Position numbers and translations under genes: made by a program. A stretch of 24,056 nucleotides of DNA from Bdellovibrio sp. GTDB taxonomy: Bacteria; Bdellovibrionota; Bdellovibrionia; Bdellovibrionales; Bdellovibrionaceae. The stretch is from assembly GCA_046318155.1 (NCBI GenBank), contig JBKCUU010000018.1:1-24056 (forward strand). Direction: 5' to 3'. Below, one piece after another: positions 1 to 8,128 of this stretch. The notes beneath the pieces are model-generated. The model was not told where the DNA came from and did not search any database. It worked only from the letters and a program-made list of their open reading frames with translations. The first letter of the stretch is position 1; every line of letters starts with the position of its first letter.

Positions 1-35
1 AATGGACAAAGAGACGGAGTCTTTTTGAAATCGGG

Positions 36-78
36 TTCTCTCGGGCTCTTGGATCTCGAGATCCAGGGCTCGTGAGAG
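36..78. terminator. Long imperfect hairpin with a perfect 16-bp palindromic core (TGGATCTCGAGATCCA, 50-65); possible terminator of a gene outside the window or of abgT
   Basis: Perfect palindrome at 50-65, extendable to about 36-78 with G-U pairs, one bulge and one mismatch on the + strand; followed by TTCTCTTT on the + strand. Confidence 0.4.
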
Positions 79-190
79 TTCTCTTTGGGTCTCGGGCACA
101 GATTTGCCTGCTATTTTTTGAAGGATCTGTTGTTTTTGACCTCAGGCCTTTTTTGTTTTCGGCAGTCTCTTGACGAGAGCGCCCTTCAAA

Positions 191-1729
191 TCAAGGCGCA
201 GGCAGCGGCGGGTAGACCAGTCCCGCACCAGGCCCGAGCGGCCAGCCCAGCATCATCCAAGCAAAGAGCATGAGGGACCATAAAACCAAAAACGCCAGCG
301 AGTAGGGGAGCATCAGCGCGATGACGGTTCCGACGCGGGCCTTGGGGTCGTACTTGGCCGCGAACGCCAAGATCAGTGGAAAGTAAGACATCAAAGGCGA
401 AATAATATTCACGACCGAATCCGCCACCCGGTAAGACGCTTGCGTGAGTTCGGGCGAGGTTCCTAGAAGCATAAACATGGGCACAAACACGGGCGCCATC
501 AAAGCCCACTTGGCCGAAGCGCTGCCGATAAAAAGATCGAGCACGCAGGTGAATAAAATAAATCCGAGCATCAAGGGGACCTGGCCCAAGCCGAGGCCTT
601 TGAAAAAATCAGACCCATGAATCGCGAAGATCAAACCCATGTTCGACGCATTGAAAAAACTAATAAATTGAGCCGCGAAAAACACCAACACCAAATAAGG
701 CGCCATGGTCGCCATGGCGTCTTGCATCGCCTGGATCACATCGTTGGTTGAACGCAAGGTGCGAGCGGTGAAGCCGTAAGCGAGACCCGTCAGTGCGGCA
801 AAAAAGAAAATCACGGCGACGACGCCTTTAAGAACGGGAGACTGCAAGACATCGGGATTTGCCGGGTCTCGCAAAAAACCACCGCTCGGAATCAGTCCCG
901 CCAAAAGCACCAAGACAAGGAGCAAGGCCACAATCCCTGCCGCACGCAGACCGCGTTTTTCATCCTTTGAGAGCCGCTGCAGGGTTTGGCCGGGAGCTTC
1001 GCCGCGGTAGGGTCCCAAAAAGGGAATCGTAATTTTATTCGCCACCAGCGTACCCACACCGATAATCAGAAAGGAAGAGGCCGCCATAAAATAATAATTT
1101 ACGAGCGGGTTCACTGAATACGCGGGATCAAGAATGCGAGCCGCCTCTTGCGTCAGGCCTGCGAGTAAGGGATCCACCGAACTCACCAAAAAGTTGGCTG
1201 AGAATCCGCCCGAAACACCCGCAAAACAAATTGCCAAGCCGGCCAAAGGATTCAGTCCCGCGCTGTGAAAGGCCATCGCGGCCAGAGGAATCAACAAGAC
1301 GTAGCCGATATCCCCAGCCGTATGTGAAAGAACACCCGCTAAGAGCACGGACGGCGTCAGCAGCGCGCGCGGCGAACGTAAAACGACACCTCTTAAGAGC
1401 GTAGATAAGAGCCCGCTCTTCTCGGCCAAGCTAAAGCCTAGCATCGCGACCAAAACAGATCCCAGCGGTGCAAAGCTCGCAAAGTTTTTGACCATCTCCG
1501 TGAGTAAGAGGTGAAGACCCGCGACCGAAAACAAATTGAGCGGAGTGAGGGTCGCCTTGGTGACCGGGTGGACCGCCGTCACGCCCAGGGCGCTGATCAA
1601 TCCAGAAACCAGCAGCACAACGCCGGTCAGAATTAAAAAAAGAATGGCCGGGTGAGGAAGGGCATTTCCAGCCCGTTCAACACCAGCGAGTAAGCGCGGA
1701 AGCAGAGGTTGTTTTTGATTTGTTTGCAT
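191..1729 (-). CDS. abgT: AbgT family (p-aminobenzoyl-glutamate / MtrF-YdaH type) membrane transporter
   Basis: 512 aa polytopic protein; N-terminal VERAGNALPHP, FAGVSGGFSAN, GSASAKWALMAPVFVPMF, YRVADS and C-terminal PLGPG are typical AbgT motifs; GAGGTG RBS upstream. Confidence 0.93.
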   Translation of the reverse strand: MQTNQKQPLLPRLLAGVERAGNALPHPAILFLILTGVVLLVSGLISALGVTAVHPVTKATLTPLNLFSVAGLHLLLTEMVKNFASFAPLGSVLVAMLGFSLAEKSGLLSTLLRGVVLRSPRALLTPSVLLAGVLSHTAGDIGYVLLIPLAAMAFHSAGLNPLAGLAICFAGVSGGFSANFLVSSVDPLLAGLTQEAARILDPAYSVNPLVNYYFMAASSFLIIGVGTLVANKITIPFLGPYRGEAPGQTLQRLSKDEKRGLRAAGIVALLLVLVLLAGLIPSGGFLRDPANPDVLQSPVLKGVVAVIFFFAALTGLAYGFTARTLRSTNDVIQAMQDAMATMAPYLVLVFFAAQFISFFNASNMGLIFAIHGSDFFKGLGLGQVPLMLGFILFTCVLDLFIGSASAKWALMAPVFVPMFMLLGTSPELTQASYRVADSVVNIISPLMSYFPLILAFAAKYDPKARVGTVIALMLPYSLAFLVLWSLMLFAWMMLGWPLGPGAGLVYPPLPAP

Positions 1730-1818
1730 CAGTTGTCTTCACCTCAAGAGGCTTGTGCGAGCAACAAAAAAGTCGGGGCGTCATGGATTGAGTCCGAAGG
1801 GTGAAGTCGTGGTCTGGG

Positions 1819-2808
1819 TTAATCTTCCCAAGGCGGAGTCGCGCCGTACCAGTCCGCTTTTGGCGGAAGGGTGTCGTCCGTCGAGGCATCGACAAAAAAG
1901 CGAATCACTTTGAGCGCGGCTTGCTCGCTGGCCTTGGCAAACGCTTCGGCGGTGTTGGCTCCCAAATGCGGCGTCAGGACCACGTTTGAAAAATTCAAAA
2001 GTTTTGAATTGCGAGGGAGCGGTTCTTTTTCAAAAACATCCAATCCTGCCGCGCCGATCCAGCCGTTTTCAAGAGCTTCAGCCAAATCTTGTTCTTTAAT
2101 CACACCACCGCGAGAGGCGTTGACCAAGATTCCACCCCGGTGAATGTATTCAAAGTGAGAGCGGTTGAGCATATGGTACGTTTCTTTGGTTTTTGGAACG
2201 TGAAAGCTCAAGACGTCGGCTTGCTTTAAAATTTCCTCATAGGCCACGCGCTCGGCACGGGCTTCACGAAATGCGGTCTCGTGTTGGTAGGGGTCATACG
2301 CAATGACGTTCATGCCAAGCACCTCGGCGATTTGGGCCACGCGCGTGCCGATCCGGCCCAGTCCTACGACGCCGAAAGTTTTGTGGTGCAGTTCGGTGCC
2401 GATCAGAGTTTCGCGCGCCCAGCTGCCGGCTTTCATTTCTCGGTGGGCCTGAGAAATTTTATTGGCGCAGGCCAGAACGAGCGACCAAGTCAATTGCGCT
2501 GCGCTTTCGACATTGGCTCTGGGAGTGAACATGACGGTGATGCCCCACTCCGCACAATCTTCAAGGTCAATATGGTCAAAACCGCTGGTGGCAGTCACAA
2601 TCACTTGCAAGTTTTTAGCGCGCGACAAAACCGCGCGGTCAATTTGCGTGCGGCTGCGAATGATGAGACCGTGCACACCATTCAGATCCACTTCGCTCAA
2701 ATTGGGCGTCTGGCTTCGTCGAACCGACAGAAAGGGCTGGCTTTCAAGAGTGAGCTGCGCTTCTTGACTGAAGCGGTCGGTGATGAGGACCTGCTTTTTT
2801 TCACTCAC
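1819..2808 (-). CDS. serA: D-3-phosphoglycerate dehydrogenase-like D-2-hydroxyacid dehydrogenase without ACT domain
   Basis: VLITD start, IRSRT, GFDHID, GVVGLGRIG Rossmann motif, NASRGG, DVFEKEP, TPHLGANT. Start placed at GTG 2808 overlapping the upstream stop (alternative GTG 2820). Substrate is inferred. Confidence 0.75.
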   Translation of the reverse strand: MSEKKQVLITDRFSQEAQLTLESQPFLSVRRSQTPNLSEVDLNGVHGLIIRSRTQIDRAVLSRAKNLQVIVTATSGFDHIDLEDCAEWGITVMFTPRANVESAAQLTWSLVLACANKISQAHREMKAGSWARETLIGTELHHKTFGVVGLGRIGTRVAQIAEVLGMNVIAYDPYQHETAFREARAERVAYEEILKQADVLSFHVPKTKETYHMLNRSHFEYIHRGGILVNASRGGVIKEQDLAEALENGWIGAAGLDVFEKEPLPRNSKLLNFSNVVLTPHLGANTAEAFAKASEQAALKVIRFFVDASTDDTLPPKADWYGATPPWED

Positions 2809-3970
2809 TTTTTCGCTCACTTTTTCGCGCGTCCCAAAAACTCCGCATGTCTTTTTCAAGGCCAATCAAGTCCGGCAACGTGAGGCTTGGCTTTTCGTGT
2901 TTTAAAACATCGGCCAATTTGAGCATCAACTGAATCATCTGCTCTGCCGTGATGTGTCCCATGTGGCCAATGCGCAAGATCTTGCCTTTAGCTTGATCCT
3001 GACCGCCCATCAAGGTGATCTGGTGCTTTTCTTCTAAGTTGAGCCGAAGCTTTTGTGAATCAAGGCCCGCGGGGACCAGCAAAGCCGTCAAACTCTCGGA
3101 AGGCACCTTGGCGAACGGCCGAAATCCTAACTTTTGCCCAAACAGCCGGGTGAACTCGGCTCGCTGCGCGATCTCAGCAAAGTGAGCCTGTAAACCACGG
3201 GTCAAAATCATTTCGAGCACAACGTCGAGCGCTCGAATCAGCGTCACATTCGAGCTAAAAAATGTTTCGCCCTTGGCGTTGGCTTGCCTCTCTCGGCGCA
3301 AGTCAAAATAGTAACGGGGCTGTGGGTTGTTCTCGATGACCTTCCAGGCTTTGCCTGAAAAGCTGACCATCGCAAGCCCCGTTGGCAGCATAAAGGCTTT
3401 TTGTGATCCGCCCACCAAACCATCGATCGACCATTCATCCATCGGCAGAGCAAAGGCGCCTAAGGCCGTGATCCCATCGACTAAAAACAAAGTCTGAGCG
3501 CGTTCTTTCACCAGCGCGCCCAGAGCCTGAATCGGGTGCTTAATTCCTGTCGAAGTTTCGCAGGCCTGGCACATGACGATTTTTATATCGGGATGCTGAT
3601 CCAAAATTTTTTGAACGTCTTGGAGATCAACGGCCTCGCCCCACTTCACTTTGTGAATCGTGACTTTGGCGCCAAAGACTTGCGCCATCTCGCACCAACG
3701 TTCGCCAAACTTTCCGGAATCAATGCCCAGCACGTGATCACCGGGTCTGAGCGTGTTGACGAGCAAGGCTTCCATACCGCCAGAACCTGTTGAGGTGAGA
3801 GCAAAGCAGGGCTGCTCCGTCTCGAAAATCAACTTGAGACGGGTGAGAACCCGCTTCAAAATCGCGTCGAACTCGGGCGTGCGGTGGTGGATCATCGGCA
3901 ACGCCAATGCTTTTTGCACTTCGGGGTGGAGATTGACGGGGCCAGGAGCTAAGACATTGTATGCTTGCAT
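2801..3970 (-). CDS. PLP-dependent class V aminotransferase (serine-pyruvate / alanine-glyoxylate family, possible SerC surrogate)
   Basis: APGPV, HHRTPEF, STGSGGME, CETSTG, VDGIT, GSQKAFMLPTG (PLP Lys), LRIGHMG; start moved to ATG 3970 (MQAYNVLAPGP). Confidence 0.9.
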   Translation of the reverse strand: MQAYNVLAPGPVNLHPEVQKALALPMIHHRTPEFDAILKRVLTRLKLIFETEQPCFALTSTGSGGMEALLVNTLRPGDHVLGIDSGKFGERWCEMAQVFGAKVTIHKVKWGEAVDLQDVQKILDQHPDIKIVMCQACETSTGIKHPIQALGALVKERAQTLFLVDGITALGAFALPMDEWSIDGLVGGSQKAFMLPTGLAMVSFSGKAWKVIENNPQPRYYFDLRRERQANAKGETFFSSNVTLIRALDVVLEMILTRGLQAHFAEIAQRAEFTRLFGQKLGFRPFAKVPSESLTALLVPAGLDSQKLRLNLEEKHQITLMGGQDQAKGKILRIGHMGHITAEQMIQLMLKLADVLKHEKPSLTLPDLIGLEKDMRSFWDARKSERKSE

Positions 3971-4007
3971 TGGCCCCGATTGTCCAATTAGGATCAAAAA
4001 AGATGAA
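3965..4007. promoter_or_regulatory. Overlapping divergent sigma70-like promoters for lptE (+) and the aminotransferase operon (-)
   Basis: + strand TTGCAT(3965-3970)-N18-TAGGAT(3989-3994); - strand TTCATC(4007-4002)-N17-GACAAT(3984-3979); each -10 lies 8 nt before an ATG. Confidence 0.4.
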
Positions 4008-4551
4008 GCGATATTTTCTCTTTCTTCTCGTGTTTTGCACGGGGTGCGCTTATCGGTTGGGCAGTCCCGACCGCAGTTTGCCTGGCGGCTATCGTCAATT
4101 GACGATTCCGATCTTTCGTAACTTGACACAAGAGACTGGCATTGAAGTGGCGTTTACCAACGCTCTGATCCAAGAGTTTGAGCGTTCGCGTACGGGTAAG
4201 CTTGTTAGTCCTGAGCAATCCGAAGTGCGCGTTGATGGCGAGATCACCTCCATTCAATATTTACCTGGTGGTAAAAAAGAAGGCGGCACTTTGCCCACTG
4301 GCGTGGTGCTCGCCTCAGAGTATCGGATCTTGGTGACGACGAAACTCACGCTTCGGCGTGTGGCAGACCGCGCTGTTCTCTGGGAAGGCAGTTTTCCTGG
4401 GGAGCGAACCTACGTGGCACCCCAAGTCACTCAAGGTGGTTTGAATACGGTTAATCCACTTTACAATTTATCGGCCCGAAGGCAAAACATCGAGGTCATG
4501 GCGGCTGACATGATGGCAGAAGCGCATGACCGCATGACTGAGAATTTTTAG
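4003..4551 (+). CDS. lptE: LPS-assembly lipoprotein LptE
   Basis: Signal peptide with lipobox (VFCTG-C, CAYRLG), IPIFRNLTQETGIE, LWEG motif, C-terminal helix; immediately upstream of holA as in the conserved lptE-holA pair. Confidence 0.85.
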   Translation: MKRYFLFLLVFCTGCAYRLGSPDRSLPGGYRQLTIPIFRNLTQETGIEVAFTNALIQEFERSRTGKLVSPEQSEVRVDGEITSIQYLPGGKKEGGTLPTGVVLASEYRILVTTKLTLRRVADRAVLWEGSFPGERTYVAPQVTQGGLNTVNPLYNLSARRQNIEVMAADMMAEAHDRMTENF

Positions 4552-4593
4552 CTCGAATTTTGATCCACGATCCACTGAAGAGAGTGAGCCCAG

Positions 4594-5670
4594 ATGCCCC
4601 AGCTTGAGCCCCAGCAGTTTTACCAAAAAGTAGAAAAAGCTCTCGAGACTCAAGAATTCGCACCGCTTTACTTCTTTTTTGGTGAAGAGCCGTATTTGAT
4701 CCAGCAAGCGGTCAATTACGTCAAAGTCTGCTCACTTCATGGCGGCGCTGCCGATTTCAATTTCTCTTCGTTTTACTCGGCGGATGCGGATCTCTCAGCC
4801 GTTCGTGATGCAGTTGACACTTTGCCCTGGATGTCGTCACGCCGCGTGGTGATTTTGCGTGATGTTCCAGATTTGACCGACAAAGAGTGGGACATCCTCG
4901 AGCCTCTCTTTCAATCACCCGTCGATAGCACCGTCTTTATTTTGGTGGGTTCAAAAATCGACAAGCGCAAAAGAGTCATGAAGCTTTTGATCGAACAAGC
5001 GCAAACGATTGAATTTAAACGACCTTTCGAAAGTCAAATCTCGGGTTGGATTCGGCACATCTGCAAAGGCCACGGCCTCGAGATCTCGGACGAAGCCGTT
5101 CAGCTCTTGCACCGTTTAGCGGGCAATCATTTAACCGAGATCGAATCTGAAATCAAAAAACTGGTCGACTTTTTGGGCGACCGCAAGCAGGTCGAACTTG
5201 AAGACGTCGCACAATGTGTGTCACAAAAACGTGAAGAAAGCGTTTTCGAGCTCACCGAAATGATTGCCCGCACGGACCGGGTGAACTCGTTGATTCAGTT
5301 GGTCCGCTTGATGGATCAAGGCCAATCTGAAATGGGAATTGTCGCCCTCGTTGCCCGCCATTTTAGAATTTTATTGCTGATCAAGCAGGGTGAGTCCCTG
5401 GGACTTTCCGGTCAAAAGCTCGCCCACCATGCTCAGGTTTCGCCCTATTTCTTGGGTGATTACGTGAAGCAAGCCCGGAACTGGACGGCCAAAAAAATCG
5501 AGTCTGCCTTGGTTGTTTTGGCCGAAACCGACAAGGCTTTGAAGAGCTCGCCGGTCTCCGCCCATATCTGGCTCGAGAACCTGATTTACCGCACTTGTGC
5601 GCTTCACCAAAGTCCAGCCGGAGGCTCAGCGGCTGAGCCTAAAGCCGGCCCGTCTTCGCTTCGTCTGTAA
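4594..5670 (+). CDS. holA: DNA polymerase III subunit delta
   Basis: PLYFFFGEEPYL, TLPWMSSRRVV, EIKKL, SVFEL, ETDKALKSS motifs; 358 aa; synteny with lptE and rpsT. Confidence 0.93.
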   Translation: MPQLEPQQFYQKVEKALETQEFAPLYFFFGEEPYLIQQAVNYVKVCSLHGGAADFNFSSFYSADADLSAVRDAVDTLPWMSSRRVVILRDVPDLTDKEWDILEPLFQSPVDSTVFILVGSKIDKRKRVMKLLIEQAQTIEFKRPFESQISGWIRHICKGHGLEISDEAVQLLHRLAGNHLTEIESEIKKLVDFLGDRKQVELEDVAQCVSQKREESVFELTEMIARTDRVNSLIQLVRLMDQGQSEMGIVALVARHFRILLLIKQGESLGLSGQKLAHHAQVSPYFLGDYVKQARNWTAKKIESALVVLAETDKALKSSPVSAHIWLENLIYRTCALHQSPAGGSAAEPKAGPSSLRL

Positions 5671-5698
5671 TCAAGTCCAGCTTCGTTTAAGCCGATAA
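5671..5698 (+). promoter_or_regulatory. Sigma28 (FliA)-type promoter upstream of the PilZ gene
   Basis: TCAA(G) at 5671-5674, 16-nt spacer, perfect GCCGATAA at 5691-5698 (consensus TAAA-N15/16-GCCGATAA). Confidence 0.7.
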
Positions 5699-5704
5699 GA
5701 GGGG

Positions 5705-6076
5705 ATGCCGCAAGCTCGCTCTGCTCCCGAAAAGAATCATACTGAATACATGCTCAGACGCAAATACCCTCGCCGAAAATTTCGCCGAGGCGTAGGCTTT
5801 TTGTGCCTTGGGCAATACACGGTCGGCTCTGGTTTTGAAATTGGCGAGGGTGGAATTGCTTTCAAAAGCTCGCGCGAGTTGGCAATGGAGGATCATGTGA
5901 TCGTCAGCCTTCAGGTGCCTGGGGGGTCGTTTGTTTCGGTTCGTGCGACCGTTAAAAACAAGCAAGATGAGGGCGGCGGACGCTTTGTCTATGGTGTCTC
6001 GTTCGAAAATCTGAAGTTTGAATGGCGCCGCGAGATTCGCAACTTTGTGACGGCCCGAACGACAAACGAGCAATAA
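5705..6076 (+). CDS. Stand-alone PilZ domain protein
   Basis: RKYPR (RxxxR) motif, EIGEGG at the D/NxSxxG position, beta-rich body ending YGVSF plus helix; alternative start ATG 5750. Confidence 0.85.
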   Translation: MPQARSAPEKNHTEYMLRRKYPRRKFRRGVGFLCLGQYTVGSGFEIGEGGIAFKSSRELAMEDHVIVSLQVPGGSFVSVRATVKNKQDEGGGRFVYGVSFENLKFEWRREIRNFVTARTTNEQ

Positions 6077-6095
6077 TGCCCGCGTCATTGCTCGT
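6066..6095. terminator. 9-bp inverted repeat between convergent PilZ and rpsT genes, possible terminator
   Basis: ACGAGCAAT(6066-6074)/ATTGCTCGT(6087-6095) with a 12-nt loop; no good U-tract. Confidence 0.25.
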
Positions 6096-6180
6096 ATAAA
6101 AATCGGAGACTCAATTCAATACCAAGCTCGATGCAAGATTACCAGCCAGGTCCCAAGAGGAGCGCAGGACGGGCAGGGGC

Positions 6181-6438
6181 TTACTTCGCAGCTACGCGAG
6201 ATGAAAGACGGCCGATTTTGCGGCTGACGGTCTCTTTTTTGATGGCGCCTTTAGACACAGCAGCCATTGCTTTAGCCGTGTAGGCTTGGAGCAACTCTTT
6301 TGCATCTGCAGACTTTGTTTCGAGAGCTTTCAAAAGCTTTTTCTCGAAAGTTTTCACCGTGCTTTTGACGTTCGCATTGCGAGCGGCACGCTTGGGTGAT
6401 TGACGAGCACGTTTTGCGGCTGACTTATGATTTGCCAA
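6181..6438 (-). CDS. rpsT: 30S ribosomal protein S20
   Basis: MANHKSAAKRARQ...KGAIKKETVSRKIGRL; TTG start with GGAGG RBS. Confidence 0.97.
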   Translation of the reverse strand: MANHKSAAKRARQSPKRAARNANVKSTVKTFEKKLLKALETKSADAKELLQAYTAKAMAAVSKGAIKKETVSRKIGRLSSRVAAK

Positions 6439-6460
6439 GGTAAGGCCTCCTGGTTAACCT
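6432..6460 (+). promoter_or_regulatory. Sigma70-like promoter for murJ overlapping the rpsT start codon and RBS
   Basis: TTGCCA(6432-6437)-N17-TAACCT(6455-6460); murJ ATG follows 9 nt later. Confidence 0.5.
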
Positions 6461-6469
6461 AAAGGGCGA

Positions 6470-8122
6470 ATGAATAGCACACCGGATAATCCTCCGCAAC
6501 AGGAAAAGCCCGAGTTAAATCAACAAGATCGCGGGCGCCAAATTGTTGTGCAGGCAGTTTTAATGGCTTTAGGGACGCTGACAAGCCGGATCCTGGGGCT
6601 GGTGCGTGAATCCCTGTTCGCGGCCCTGTTCTCTAGAACCGTCACGGATGCCTGGTATGTGGCCTTTCGTCTGCCGAATATTTTTCGGCGTTTGTTTGGT
6701 GAAGGTTCGCTCTCAGTCGCCTTTGTTCCGGTCTTTGTCGAGACCCGCCTAGATCCTGCTGGGGCCCTGCGTTCGCACCGTTTGGTCAACGGATTTTACA
6801 CGTTGTTTTTTTTAGGCTTGGCCGTTCTGACCGCCATCGGCGTGATCTTTCCTGAGCCTTTATTGAACCTGCTTTTAGACGAAAATTATCACGCCGTTGC
6901 GGGCAAATTTGATCTCACGGTTCTGATGGCGCGGATCATGTTTGTGTATATCTTTTTGGTCTGCACCTATGCCTATTTCATGGCGATATTAAATGCGCTC
7001 GGAAAATTTGGCTTGGCCGCCATGGCGCCGACGTTCTTTAACGTTTGTATGATCATGGCCACCTTGATTCCAACGACCTTGCTGCAGTGGGAGGGTCAGG
7101 CGCTGGCATGGGGAGTTGTGGTCGGTGGGATTGTTCAGGCAGCCGTGCTGATCCCCAGCTTAAAGCGCAACGGCTACTGGCCCAAATTTTCGTTGGCGTG
7201 GGGTGACCCCGATGTCCGCCGCGTGCTGCGCGGAATGGTGCCCAGTCTGCTCGGCATGGGGCTTTTGCAAATCACCACGCTTGTCAACATGCGCTTTGCT
7301 TCCGAATTTGGCGAAGGACCGATTAGTTTTATCAATTTAGCCGACCGCCTGCTCGAGCTGCCGCTCTCGCTCGTGAGTGTTTCGATCGGAACCGCCCTGC
7401 TACCGACGCTTTCGCGGATGTGGACCGAGGGCCGCAAAGAACAGATGTCCGAGGCCAGCAATTACTATCTGCGCTTAAATTTGTACGTCTGCCTTCCTGC
7501 GGCTGTGGGGCTCTTGATGCTTGCTGAGCCCATCGTCGAGCTTTTGTTTCAGCGCGGAAAGTTCACGGCTAGTGAAGCCCTGATTACTGCCAATGTGGTC
7601 AAGATCTATTCGGCCTTGATTATTTCAACCAGCTTAGTGCGGGTGTTTATCCCGGCTTACTACGCGATTAAAAACACCTGGCTGCCCGCTGTGATTTCGG
7701 GCGTGTGCTTAGTCCTGCACATTGGCTTAGCGCCGCTCCTGATGCGTGAGTATGGCTTTTATGGATTGAATTTTTCGTCGGTCGCGACCAGCTCTTTCAA
7801 TTTTGTTTTGCTCGCGATCTTTTACCGGCAATTTGTCGGCCCATTTGCATGGGGGCGAGTGCTCAAAAGCTCATTGGTGTTCTCGCTCATGGCACTTGTC
7901 ATGGCAGGCGGTCTGCAGGTTTATGGACCTCTGCGCGAGCTGTTCACGGGCGAAGCGGGGATCGGCTTTGCGGGCAAGCTCACTTCACTTTTGCTCGCCA
8001 TCTTCTTCGGGGCCGTTATTTATGCAGCCTTAAGTGCTCTGTTTAAAGTTGAAGAGTTTCAAACGACCTGGGAGACCTTCGGGTCCAAGATCCGTCGTCG
8101 CTTGGGTGCAAAAACGCGTTAG
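6470..8122 (+). CDS. murJ: Lipid II flippase MurJ (MviN)
   Basis: SRILGLVRE, AFRLPNIFRRLFGEG, ADRLLELP, LLPTLS, LFQRGKF; divergent from rpsT as commonly seen. Confidence 0.96.
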   Translation: MNSTPDNPPQQEKPELNQQDRGRQIVVQAVLMALGTLTSRILGLVRESLFAALFSRTVTDAWYVAFRLPNIFRRLFGEGSLSVAFVPVFVETRLDPAGALRSHRLVNGFYTLFFLGLAVLTAIGVIFPEPLLNLLLDENYHAVAGKFDLTVLMARIMFVYIFLVCTYAYFMAILNALGKFGLAAMAPTFFNVCMIMATLIPTTLLQWEGQALAWGVVVGGIVQAAVLIPSLKRNGYWPKFSLAWGDPDVRRVLRGMVPSLLGMGLLQITTLVNMRFASEFGEGPISFINLADRLLELPLSLVSVSIGTALLPTLSRMWTEGRKEQMSEASNYYLRLNLYVCLPAAVGLLMLAEPIVELLFQRGKFTASEALITANVVKIYSALIISTSLVRVFIPAYYAIKNTWLPAVISGVCLVLHIGLAPLLMREYGFYGLNFSSVATSSFNFVLLAIFYRQFVGPFAWGRVLKSSLVFSLMALVMAGGLQVYGPLRELFTGEAGIGFAGKLTSLLLAIFFGAVIYAALSALFKVEEFQTTWETFGSKIRRRLGAKTR

Positions 8123-8128
8123 CCGTTG

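Noticed and set aside
1..273. 62-aa ORF at 85-273 and a possible gene end at the left edge
   Set aside because: The ORF has a weak start, overlaps abgT and has no motif; edge frames are too short to call
2281..2883. 200-aa plus-strand ORF and the many other short ORFs overlapping called genes
   Set aside because: Shadow or alternate-frame ORFs within well-supported genes, with no recognisable motifs
3971..4129. N-terminal extension of the aminotransferase ORF to 4129
   Set aside because: Overlaps lptE on the opposite strand; family-like sequence begins at ATG 3970
5687..6088. 133-aa minus-strand ORF
   Set aside because: Antisense shadow of the PilZ gene, which has motifs and a promoter
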